From the NCBI GenBank assembly GCA_964592525.1, contig CAZQFB010000001.1, positions 147,454-211,453 on the forward strand: DNA of 64,000 nt, given 5' to 3'. The position numbers and the translations under genes were made by a program. This document shows, one piece after another, positions 28,699 through 36,907 of the stretch (the first letter of the stretch is position 1; every line of letters begins with the position of its first letter). The stretch is from an uncultured Candidatus Saccharibacteria bacterium. GTDB lineage: Bacteria; Patescibacteriota; WWE3; CAZQFB01. A model generated the notes under the pieces. That model ran no database searches. It was not told where the DNA came from and saw only the letters and a program-made list of their open reading frames with translations.

Positions 28699-28723
28699 CT
28701 TAATTACCCCATAGTATTATACT
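28695..28723 (+). promoter_or_regulatory. Promoter of the DGR target gene; -35 overlaps the mutL stop
   Basis: TTGACT taattaccccatagtat TATACT. Confidence 0.65.
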
Positions 28724-28868
28724 CTGGTGGGCAAATGAAAACATCTGAGATTGATGGTGGTGCTCTGTTTCTAAGGTGTTAGGAGCAGTGTGTCGTCCTC
28801 AATTGATAGTTGAGGCCATCGCCTTGAAGTCGGTGGAATTCTACGACGCACTTGAAAAGGAGCAGAAG

Positions 28869-29678
28869 GTGACAAAGTCAGTGGTAGTAACGGAGGATCT
28901 AAGGAGAGCCTTTGCTCAGCTAAACGAGGTGCAAAAGAGGCTTCTCAATGGAGCGCTAAGACCACTTGATGTCCGAGATCCCCTGCAAGCAATCATCGAG
29001 GGTAGGATGATTGTGCTCGATCGCTTTGCTCTCTTTAGTGAGCTTCTGCTGAGCCCGGCTGATCAGCTGGAGCGTCTCCGAGCATATGACGAGAAATACT
29101 GGGGAGGTGCAATCTGCGAGGAGCTAAAGGGTTTTCAGTTACCCGATGTAGGTCTTCACCCGCAAAGGGTGAAGGATTTGCGGGTTCTTCATGTGGAATT
29201 TGGCTCTCCGGGAGAGACCCTGGAGAGGTGGTGGCAGGTGATCTCAGCTACCCAGCCCGGGTCTTGGCGATCGGGAGATCTCCAGAGTGATTCTGCTCAT
29301 CTGGGTCTCCACAGCCAGGCACGCCACTACCCTCCAGGAATCCATGTGGTTCGCCTAGACCTGGCGGCCCATTGGGAGCCGGAAGCGGGGAGAACCCTGG
29401 TGGATGTATACGCTAGGGTTAGGGAAGCTGGGGAGAAGCTTGCCCATGGTGAGATTCTCTCGGCCTGTGGGCTCCATCCTGATCTGGTAAGGGAGATGGA
29501 TGGAGAGAATCTGCCTTTCGTGGATCTGGCAGGGTATCAGGTATTAATGCCTGGTTTACCGACCTGTCGGGCTGTTCCGTGTCTTTACTGGGATAGCCTC
29601 AGAGGCAAGGTCGCCCTCGACGTCGACTCCATTGACTATTTCCTTCCCTCTTGGGCGGCTCCGGTGCTCAGGGAGTAA
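28869..29678 (+). CDS. DGR target (variable) protein with C-terminal VR, likely CLec-like fold
   Basis: AAGGAG SD before GTG 28869 (the ORF is open from 28776); the last ~42 codons match the TR. Confidence 0.92.
   Translation: MTKSVVVTEDLRRAFAQLNEVQKRLLNGALRPLDVRDPLQAIIEGRMIVLDRFALFSELLLSPADQLERLRAYDEKYWGGAICEELKGFQLPDVGLHPQRVKDLRVLHVEFGSPGETLERWWQVISATQPGSWRSGDLQSDSAHLGLHSQARHYPPGIHVVRLDLAAHWEPEAGRTLVDVYARVREAGEKLAHGEILSACGLHPDLVREMDGENLPFVDLAGYQVLMPGLPTCRAVPCLYWDSLRGKVALDVDSIDYFLPSWAAPVLRE
29548..29674 (+). repeat. DGR variable repeat (VR)
   Basis: 127 bp, ungapped match to 30140-30266 with 18 mismatches, all at TR adenines. Confidence 0.97.
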
Positions 29679-29738
29679 GTACTCCTACTTAGGGTCTTAG
29701 GGCTTTTGGTGATAAGTCCTTGGACCTTTGTTTGAGAG

Positions 29739-29799
29739 AAAGAGAAGGGGTGTCTTCTGAAATCTGCTTGCAGATTATGGAGGCACCCCTCTTTGTTTT
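29739..29799 (+). terminator. Long hairpin/terminator after the DGR target
   Basis: AGGGGTGTCTTC/GGAGGCACCCCT enclosing AATCTG/CAGATT, then a T-rich tail. Confidence 0.6.
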
Positions 29800-30139
29800 A
29801 TCAATAGGCGAAATTATATATTTTGTTTCCCCTCGGCAGGTAATAAAATCTACGCTCTACGGTACATCGAGGATATGGGTGGTTTGTATAAATCATATTG
29901 AGATATAATTCCCTTCGGATGGTAGGTTAATGAACCCTGATTTAAGGATTGGGGAACACCGAGATCTCTCTTTTCGCAACAACTAGCGGAATCAAATTTA
30001 AGACATTAATTTTGAGTGTCTAGAGCGAATAACGAGCACTCCTTGCTGTCTACTGGGGATGGTCAATAGGTCCCGAATGAGATTCAGGAGTTGGATGCGT
30101 CTGGCTCCAGTGGTGTAGAAGGTAGATAGCATATACCGG

Positions 30140-30266
30140 TGCCTGGTTTACCGACCTGTCGGGCTGTTCCGTATCTTAACTGGAATAGAATCAAAAGCAA
30201 GGTCAACCTCAACGTCAACTCAATTGACAATTTCAATCACAATTGGGCGGCTCCGGTGCTCAGGGA
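30140..30266 (+). repeat. DGR template repeat (TR)
   Basis: Intergenic AAC/AAT-rich copy of the VR (8 AAY codons in the VR frame). Confidence 0.97.
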
Positions 30267-30278
30267 CTGCTTGTTAAT

Positions 30279-30305
30279 AAAAGAAGGACGATAAGTCCTT
30301 CTTTT
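30279..30305. terminator. Perfect hairpin downstream of TR (bidirectional terminator-like)
   Basis: AAAAGAAGGAC-gataa-GTCCTTCTTTT. Confidence 0.75.
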
Positions 30306-30387
30306 GTTTGCTGTTAGTAGCAACATAATTTCAGTGCGATCGCTTAGCAGTAATGTTGTTAATGTAATGAAATAGCTGGTAGTCTCT

Positions 30388-30756
30388 TTAGCTGACCGAA
30401 CGCAACCATCCGCCTAACATCTTACCAATTGTAATAAGTTGTGCTTCCAGTTCTAGGTAATGCTTGTTTGATAAACACTGACAATCCTTACCCATGCGGA
30501 TGAGAAGTCGCAGGAGATCGAGTTCACTTGAGGCTTGTTGCAGATAAGTTTTTTTTAGCTTGCCATCTGAGGAGTTAGCTGTTCTTATTGTAAGCCTTAA
30601 TATTTCTAAAGTTTGGTTTTGGGCGGTTGCTCCCAGGGTATATCTTTGATGTTTGGGAAATTTAACTAACTGCACATGGAGATGTTTGTACAATTCATAA
30701 AGATTATGAACGATTGGTATATCGTGTGGTTTCGTAGGGTTAGATTTTGTAATCAT
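30388..30756 (-). CDS. avd: DGR accessory variability determinant (Avd, four-helix bundle)
   Basis: 122 aa, basic; FPK..RY.LG, LDLLRLLIR, IGKMLGGW. Confidence 0.92.
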   Translation of the reverse strand: MITKSNPTKPHDIPIVHNLYELYKHLHVQLVKFPKHQRYTLGATAQNQTLEILRLTIRTANSSDGKLKKTYLQQASSELDLLRLLIRMGKDCQCLSNKHYLELEAQLITIGKMLGGWLRSVS

Positions 30757-30759
30757 TAG

Positions 30760-31749
30760 GTGATGAGTGTAGCAACTTTTTACAAAATATGCTCTCCTAA
30801 GTGGTTGTTTGAATCATGGGATACATTTAGAAAGGGAAAGAGGAAAAGACTTGAGGTGATGCTCTACGAGCGGAATTTGGAAAGGAACATCTTTTGCTTG
30901 AGTGGAAATCTTTTGTCTAAGAAATATAAGCATGGTGTCTACGAGCAATTTAAGGTCACTGATCCTAAATTGCGGAGAATAAGTAAAGCATGCGTACAGG
31001 ATCGTTTGGTTCATCAAGCTGTGGTTTCTGGTATTGAGTCCTCCTTCGAGAAGAGGTTTATTTATGACAGCTACTCCTGCAGGAGTGGCAAAGGCACTCA
31101 TGCGGCTGTTGCTAGGTTGCGAAGTTTTCTGGGGAAAGAAAGTCGGAATAATACTCGGACAACCTATGTTCTTAAATGTGACGTTAAAAGATTTTTCGAT
31201 TGCTTGGATCATGGTATTTTGATGGCTCTAATTAATAGGGTGGTTAAAGATAGTGATACCCTATGGCTGATAGAGGAAATTGTAGATAGTTTTTCTATCT
31301 TTCCTGGTAAAGGTGTTCCTCTTGGTAATCTCACAAGCCAGTTATTTGCCAATATTTATTTACATGAGCTGGATCGGTTCATAAAAAATGATTTGGGGAT
31401 TAAGTATTACGTTCGCTACTGTGACGATTTTGTAATTGTTGACAGTGATTCCAGGTATCTTCAGGGGTTGATCCCTATTCTAGAGGGTTTCTTAAGAAAT
31501 TATCTCAATCTCTGTCTGCATCCTAATAAGATTACCTTACGTACCTGGAATAGCGGGATGGATTTTCTGGGGTATATCCTAAAGCCTGATTGTACATTAC
31601 TCAGGACCAAGACAAAGAATCGTGCATTAAGACGGGTGAATAGCAATAATCTGCCTTCATATCTTGGTATTTGTTCTCACTGTGACTCGTTTGAGCTTCA
31701 ACAGATTCTCAAGTGTAAAGCTGGTAGTCTAGCACGAGAGGGGTCTTAG
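30760..31749 (+). CDS. DGR reverse transcriptase
   Basis: DRLVHQA, SYSCRSGKGTH, KCDVKRFF, GVPLGNLTSQLFANIYL (DGR-type SQ), YVRYCDDF, DFLGY; no maturase or endonuclease tail. Confidence 0.97.
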   Translation: MMSVATFYKICSPKWLFESWDTFRKGKRKRLEVMLYERNLERNIFCLSGNLLSKKYKHGVYEQFKVTDPKLRRISKACVQDRLVHQAVVSGIESSFEKRFIYDSYSCRSGKGTHAAVARLRSFLGKESRNNTRTTYVLKCDVKRFFDCLDHGILMALINRVVKDSDTLWLIEEIVDSFSIFPGKGVPLGNLTSQLFANIYLHELDRFIKNDLGIKYYVRYCDDFVIVDSDSRYLQGLIPILEGFLRNYLNLCLHPNKITLRTWNSGMDFLGYILKPDCTLLRTKTKNRALRRVNSNNLPSYLGICSHCDSFELQQILKCKAGSLAREGS

Positions 31750-31862
31750 CTAGTTAGGGAGACTTTTTAAGAGATAGACTATCGGGCATATAGCTAACTT
31801 TGCTACAATATACAGTAGCTAATCAGTTACTTATTATTAGTTACTGGTTAATAATTATTAAT

Positions 31863-32774
31863 ATGCCTGTCCAGCAATTATTCTTGCCTCATCAACAATC
31901 GGGTACCCGTGCCCATGCTATTTCCCCCTTAGCTTTTACTTTGTATATCGCTTTTGTGTTGGTGTCGATTATTTCCTTCCAAATATTGGCTAAAGAAGCG
32001 GGTTTGGTGCTTGGTTATGCGACAGACATCCACGAACAAGAAATTGTGTCGCTGACTAACCAACAAAGAAGGGCTGAAGGTTTAAACGAATTGACCTACA
32101 GTGAGGAGTTGGCTAAAGCGGCTCAATTAAAGGCAGAAAGCATGTTTACGCTTGATTATTGGGCTCATATCGCTCCAAATGGTACTACGCCTTGGGTGTT
32201 TATTGAACAAGCGGGTTATGATTTTTATGCGGCGGGAGAGAACTTGGCGAGGGATTTTAATGATTCAGAATCGGTAGTTAAGGCTTGGATGAAATCGCCC
32301 TCACATGCCGAAAACATTTTGGGATCACTTTATGCTGATATTGGGGTAGCAGTGGTTAATGGTGAGTTAGCTGGCAGCGAAACCACTTTAGTGGTACAGA
32401 TGTTTGGGATTACCAGAGGCAGTACGGTTGCGCCACCGTCTCCACAACCTCCGGTGCAGGTTAGTCCGGAAGCGGTGTCGGTCAATGTTGGTGAAAACCC
32501 AGCTGCGCTGGAAGCGGAAATACCAGCACCCGTGGAAATTACCGAACCAGCCTTGGCGGTTGAGCCAGTACAGACTGGTTATCAGCTTGGTGAAGCGACC
32601 AAAGCGATCTCACTGGGCTTTGCCTTCTTTTTACTGATTTTGTTTGTGCTCGATTTACTGTTAATCACCAAAAAGGGGATTGTGCGCGTTTCAGGTAATA
32701 CCTTGGCTCATGTGAGTATGCTCCTTTTTATTATCGGTGCTTTGTGGTGGATTAACGGGGGTTCTGTTTTATGA
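31863..32774 (+). CDS. CAP/SCP domain membrane protein
   Basis: LTNQQR...L..AA..KA..M...YWAH, AGENLA, WM.SPSH.ENI. Confidence 0.9.
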   Translation: MPVQQLFLPHQQSGTRAHAISPLAFTLYIAFVLVSIISFQILAKEAGLVLGYATDIHEQEIVSLTNQQRRAEGLNELTYSEELAKAAQLKAESMFTLDYWAHIAPNGTTPWVFIEQAGYDFYAAGENLARDFNDSESVVKAWMKSPSHAENILGSLYADIGVAVVNGELAGSETTLVVQMFGITRGSTVAPPSPQPPVQVSPEAVSVNVGENPAALEAEIPAPVEITEPALAVEPVQTGYQLGEATKAISLGFAFFLLILFVLDLLLITKKGIVRVSGNTLAHVSMLLFIIGALWWINGGSVL

Positions 32775-33034
32775 ACAAGATTAATCTGATTAGGTTATTG
32801 GCTTATTTAGTATTATTGGTCTTTTTGTCTTTGACGTTATATTTAATTTATCTTTTCCAGGGTCAGTTGGTGACGCAAATTACTTTGGTTAGTGTGGCGA
32901 TTGGTTTTTACGTGTTTTGGGGCGTGTGGTTGCACAAAATTGAAGATCGTTTACACCATTCGTTGGTAGTGGAATATATTCTGCTCGCGTTGTTAGCGGG
33001 CTTACTAGTTTATATCCAACTGCTATTTATATGA
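32771..33034 (+). CDS. Small 3-TM membrane protein
   Basis: Y..WG..H...EY pattern; overlaps its neighbours. Confidence 0.7.
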   Translation: MNKINLIRLLAYLVLLVFLSLTLYLIYLFQGQLVTQITLVSVAIGFYVFWGVWLHKIEDRLHHSLVVEYILLALLAGLLVYIQLLFI

Positions 33035-33639
33035 CCAAATTATGGCTTAGTGTGTTAATTGGTTGGTTGCTAATTATTCCGCCGGTAGCTTTGGCTGACG
33101 AAGCGGTGCTAGAACCTGAAAAGTTGGCTAAGGTGGCTGCGCAAATAAGTGAATACTTACCGGCAGCGGGTCTAACGCCTGATAAACCTTTCTATTTTAC
33201 GAAAAGACTCAAAGAGGAAGTGGTGGGTTTATTAAAAAGAACAGCTCAAGAAAAATATGATTATCAAAAGGAATTAGCCTCCCGAAGATTAGCTGAAGCT
33301 TATGTTATGGCTCAAAAAAATAAATATGTCTTGGCTGACCGCTTGTTTACGGAATTTGAAATTAAAATTGAAGATTTAAAGTCTTTGGCTTTCCATGAAA
33401 CTTCTTCCGCCCTACAAAGGGATAATTGGCTCTACTACATTGAAAAAGAATTATACAAATACCAAGCGGTGTTAGATGAAATGGATGCTGAAAACATTGC
33501 CGATAGCCAGCGTAAAAAAGAAGCCCAAACAGTGAAAGCGAAAAGAGAAACCTCTGTCGTGCAAGGTTTAAAATCATTATTATCACCAGCGGTATCAAAT
33601 GATCATTATGAGTCTTCAGTTATCATACCGGTGCCTTGA
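33031..33639 (+). CDS. Secreted DUF5667-like helical protein
   Basis: Signal peptide; AGLTPDKPFYF.KRLKE...A.RRLAE. Confidence 0.7.
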   Translation: MTKLWLSVLIGWLLIIPPVALADEAVLEPEKLAKVAAQISEYLPAAGLTPDKPFYFTKRLKEEVVGLLKRTAQEKYDYQKELASRRLAEAYVMAQKNKYVLADRLFTEFEIKIEDLKSLAFHETSSALQRDNWLYYIEKELYKYQAVLDEMDAENIADSQRKKEAQTVKAKRETSVVQGLKSLLSPAVSNDHYESSVIIPVP

Positions 33640-33694
33640 GGTAATTGTCTTCTAGGGGCTAAATCAGGTACTATGCTTAAGTAATTAATTAGTC

Positions 33695-34849
33695 ATGGAA
33701 AAAGTAGTCATTGTTATTCCCACCTATAACGAGAAAGAGAATATTGAGCGAACCCTACGGGTTTCGTTGGAGGAGTTTTCCAAAATACAGGGAGCAAAGA
33801 TGCATATTTTGGTGGTGGATGGTAATTCGCCTGATGGTACGGCTGATCTAGTCAAGCCTTTTACTGAAAAGTATGAAAATGTTCACTTGTTGAGGAAAGA
33901 AAAGGGTGGTTTGGGAGGAGATTATATTGCGGGGATGAAATACGCCATGCACAAGCTGGGGGCTGATTTTGTGGGTGAAATGGACGCTGATTTGCAGCAT
34001 GATCCGGCTGATGTGGCGAGATTGGTAGAAGCCTTATTAAGTGGCGCTGATGTGGCGGTGGGGACGAGGTTTATAAAAGGGGGTTCTATTCCCTCCGGCT
34101 GGGGCATCCACCGCAAATTTTTAAGCTACTTTGGCAATCTTTATGCCCGTATGACCACCGGTTTATGGCAGTTACACGATATCACTTCGGGGTTTAGGAT
34201 CACTAGAGCGCGGGGGTTTCTGGATACAGTTGATTTGGACGCTCTCTTCTCCAAAAGATTCGCTTACAAGTTGGATATGATGTATCGCTTGCATCAGTTG
34301 GGGGCTAAGATTACTGAAGTACCGATCGCTTTTCACGAGAGGGATGTGGGTGAATCTAAGATCCAAGTTTTTGCATCCCTGAATAACAATGACTGGTTGG
34401 ATAGTTATATGGTGGTGACGATGGTGTTTTTGGAAAGATTGGGTCTTTTAAAGCATAAACGATTTATTAAGGTGGCTCTGATTGGGGTTTTTGGGGGAGG
34501 GGTTCAGTTTGTCACTTATACCTTGATCAGACTGTTATTAAAAGTGTCACCCCAGATAGCTACGGTGGTTTCCGCCGAGGTTGCCATCATCTCCAACTTT
34601 ATCTTTAACCATCGGTGGGCCTTTAAGGATAGAAAAGAGCACGGACATTGGTTGGCTAAATTACTTTCTTTTAATTTTTTATCAATTGGGTCTCCTATTA
34701 TTCAATTGGCGGTAGTGCACTTTTTTGTTAACTGGTTAGGTGAGGGGTTATTGCGGGAGTGGGCGTATCTAGCTACAGGTATTTGGTTGGGGCTTATCTG
34801 GAATTATCTTTCTTACTCAAGAGTAGTATGGAGAAAGTCTTCCCAGTAG
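33695..34849 (+). CDS. GT2 polyprenol-phosphate glycosyltransferase fused to GtrA
   Basis: IPTYNE, VVDGNSPDGT, MDADLQH; C-terminal GtrA-like TMs. Confidence 0.9.
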   Translation: MEKVVIVIPTYNEKENIERTLRVSLEEFSKIQGAKMHILVVDGNSPDGTADLVKPFTEKYENVHLLRKEKGGLGGDYIAGMKYAMHKLGADFVGEMDADLQHDPADVARLVEALLSGADVAVGTRFIKGGSIPSGWGIHRKFLSYFGNLYARMTTGLWQLHDITSGFRITRARGFLDTVDLDALFSKRFAYKLDMMYRLHQLGAKITEVPIAFHERDVGESKIQVFASLNNNDWLDSYMVVTMVFLERLGLLKHKRFIKVALIGVFGGGVQFVTYTLIRLLLKVSPQIATVVSAEVAIISNFIFNHRWAFKDRKEHGHWLAKLLSFNFLSIGSPIIQLAVVHFFVNWLGEGLLREWAYLATGIWLGLIWNYLSYSRVVWRKSSQ

Positions 34850-34850
34850 T

Positions 34851-35600
34851 ATGTGGTTGTCGGTAGTCATTCCCACCTACAATGAGGAGAAAATAATTGC
34901 CGAGACTTTAAGAACGCTTGACGCTTTCCTCAAGAAATACAACAAGGAGTATGAGTTAATTGTCTGTGATGATGGCTCTAGTGACCACACGGTTTCCATT
35001 GCAGATGAGTTAAGTAAGGTTATTCCCCAAGCTAGGGTTATTAGAAATCAACACAAAGGCAAGGCGCATGCTGTTTTTCAGGGGGTTACCAGCTCAAGAG
35101 GCGCTTTAATCTTGTTAACTGATGCTGATCTTTCTACGCCGATAAAGGAGCTGGATACTCTTCTTCCTTACGTGGTGAGTGGCATGGATATTGTGATTGC
35201 TTCCAGGGAAGGTTTACAGGCTAAGAGGGTAAATGAGCCTTTTTACAGACACCTTATGGGGAGAGTGTTTAACTATCTTGTCCAAATACTTGCCTTGAGG
35301 GGTATTAATGATACCCAGTGCGGTTTTAAGTTACTTACCAGGGAAAGCGCTAAAAGTATCTTTGCCCAGATGAGGTTGTATGGCGCTAATGCTAAGGTTT
35401 TGAGTGCCCCGGCGGTGACGGCTTATGATGTGGAAATGCTTTTTTTGGCCAGAAAATTGGGATTTAAGATCGAGGAAGTGCCCGTGGAATGGTTGTATCG
35501 TGATGAGACCAGAGTCAATACGCTAAGAGATTCTTGGCGTAATCTTTTGGATGTGGTTAAAGTGCGCTGGTATGATCTGATGGGTTATTATTCTAAGTAG
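34851..35600 (+). CDS. GT2 dolichyl-phosphate beta-glucosyltransferase-like
   Basis: DDGSSD, TDADLSTP, DTQCGFK. Confidence 0.9.
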   Translation: MWLSVVIPTYNEEKIIAETLRTLDAFLKKYNKEYELIVCDDGSSDHTVSIADELSKVIPQARVIRNQHKGKAHAVFQGVTSSRGALILLTDADLSTPIKELDTLLPYVVSGMDIVIASREGLQAKRVNEPFYRHLMGRVFNYLVQILALRGINDTQCGFKLLTRESAKSIFAQMRLYGANAKVLSAPAVTAYDVEMLFLARKLGFKIEEVPVEWLYRDETRVNTLRDSWRNLLDVVKVRWYDLMGYYSK

Positions 35601-35632
35601 GAAGTTGCTATTTATTTCCCTGGATAAATCTT

Positions 35633-36907
35633 ATGTCGTCTAAATTCAACCTGATTTCTAGTTTGAAGGGCAATACTCTAGTCAGGGGTAGTTTTTGGTT
35701 GTTTGTGTCCTCAACGGTAGTTAATCTGCTTAATTTTTTGTACACCATCTTTATGGGTCGATTATTAGGGCCGGTTGATTATGGGGTGCTAACGGCCTTG
35801 ATTTCCCTGTTGTATGTAGTGTCTGTTCCTTCTCAAACCCTGCAAACGGTAAGTGCTAAGTTTGTCTCTAAATTTTTTGCCCAAGATGAGAATCAAGCGA
35901 TCTGGTTGTTTTTCCTGAAGGTATCCAAGTACATTATCGCTGTTTCCATTTTAGGTGGCTTGTTGGTGTTACCTAATTTAAGCTGGCTCTCCAAACATTT
36001 AAACATACCTCGTGAGGATTATTTACTGGGTATTTTTTGCTTAACTGTGTTTGGGTTTTTAAACACCACTGGCTTGGGTTTACTGCAGGGGGTGCAGCGC
36101 TTTTTTGCGTTGGCGCTAAGCGGTTTTTTAGCTATGACCGTTAAACTAGTGGTTGGTGTTGGTTTGGTTTATTGGGGGTTTGGGGTGGGAGGAGCGTTGT
36201 GGGGGTTGGTTCTTAGTGGGTTGGTGCTATTTGTCTTTGTTCTTTTTTTTGCTGGAAAATATCGGGAAAAGGGTCGCCCAAGCCAAACTTTGGGGCTTAA
36301 AAAAGAGGTTTTTAATTTCACCCTGCCAACTTTAATCGCTTTTGTTGGTTTGGTGCTACTGGTTAACCAGGATGTGCTTTTGGTCAAGAAACTGTTTTCA
36401 GATTTAGACGCTGGTTATTATGCAGCGCTTTCCATGCTGGGCAAAGTGATTTTCTTTGCCTCTGGGTCAGTGGCCACGGTTTTTTTCCCCTTGGCTTCTG
36501 CTAGGTACGAGAAAGGGGAGCAATCCAGCAGACTGCTTCACTTGTCCTTGGGGCTGGTAGGGTCGGCGGGGTTTTTGGGGGTGCTGGGGTATTACTTGTT
36601 TCCTGATTTGGTGGTGAGTTTGTTTTATGGTGAAAAATATTTGGCTATCGCTCCTCTTTTGTGGTTGATTGGCTTGTTTAATCTTTTTTACAGTTTGCTC
36701 TATTTGCTGGTTCTGCACTTTTTGGCTAGGCAGAAAACTTATTATTCTTTGGTGCCTCTGCTAGGGGCTATGGGGCAATTCATCTTACTTTGGTTAGCCC
36801 ATGATAATTTAAGGCAGGTGTGTTTAATTTCTACTGTGGTGGTGGGCGTGTTGTCGGGGTATCTCTATTTGGTGTATAGTGTCAACGATGGCAAGAACTC
36901 GGCTTAA
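35633..36907 (+). CDS. Oligosaccharide flippase (Wzx-like)
   Basis: About 12 TM; RLLGPVDYG, D.LLVK......AGYY. Confidence 0.88.
   Translation: MSSKFNLISSLKGNTLVRGSFWLFVSSTVVNLLNFLYTIFMGRLLGPVDYGVLTALISLLYVVSVPSQTLQTVSAKFVSKFFAQDENQAIWLFFLKVSKYIIAVSILGGLLVLPNLSWLSKHLNIPREDYLLGIFCLTVFGFLNTTGLGLLQGVQRFFALALSGFLAMTVKLVVGVGLVYWGFGVGGALWGLVLSGLVLFVFVLFFAGKYREKGRPSQTLGLKKEVFNFTLPTLIAFVGLVLLVNQDVLLVKKLFSDLDAGYYAALSMLGKVIFFASGSVATVFFPLASARYEKGEQSSRLLHLSLGLVGSAGFLGVLGYYLFPDLVVSLFYGEKYLAIAPLLWLIGLFNLFYSLLYLLVLHFLARQKTYYSLVPLLGAMGQFILLWLAHDNLRQVCLISTVVVGVLSGYLYLVYSVNDGKNSA

Larger units (their letters stand above)
28695..31749. mobile_element. Diversity-generating retroelement (target-VR, TR, avd, RT)
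   Basis: All four canonical components are present, with adenine-specific TR/VR mismatches. Confidence 0.97.

Noticed and set aside
29720-29908. 62-aa ORF between VR and TR
   Set aside because: TTG start, no SD, and it runs through a terminator-like hairpin.
30760-31749. RT as a group II intron, retron or CRISPR-associated RT
   Set aside because: It is short, has no maturase/endonuclease domain, carries the DGR-type SQ motif, and is accompanied by Avd and a TR/VR pair.
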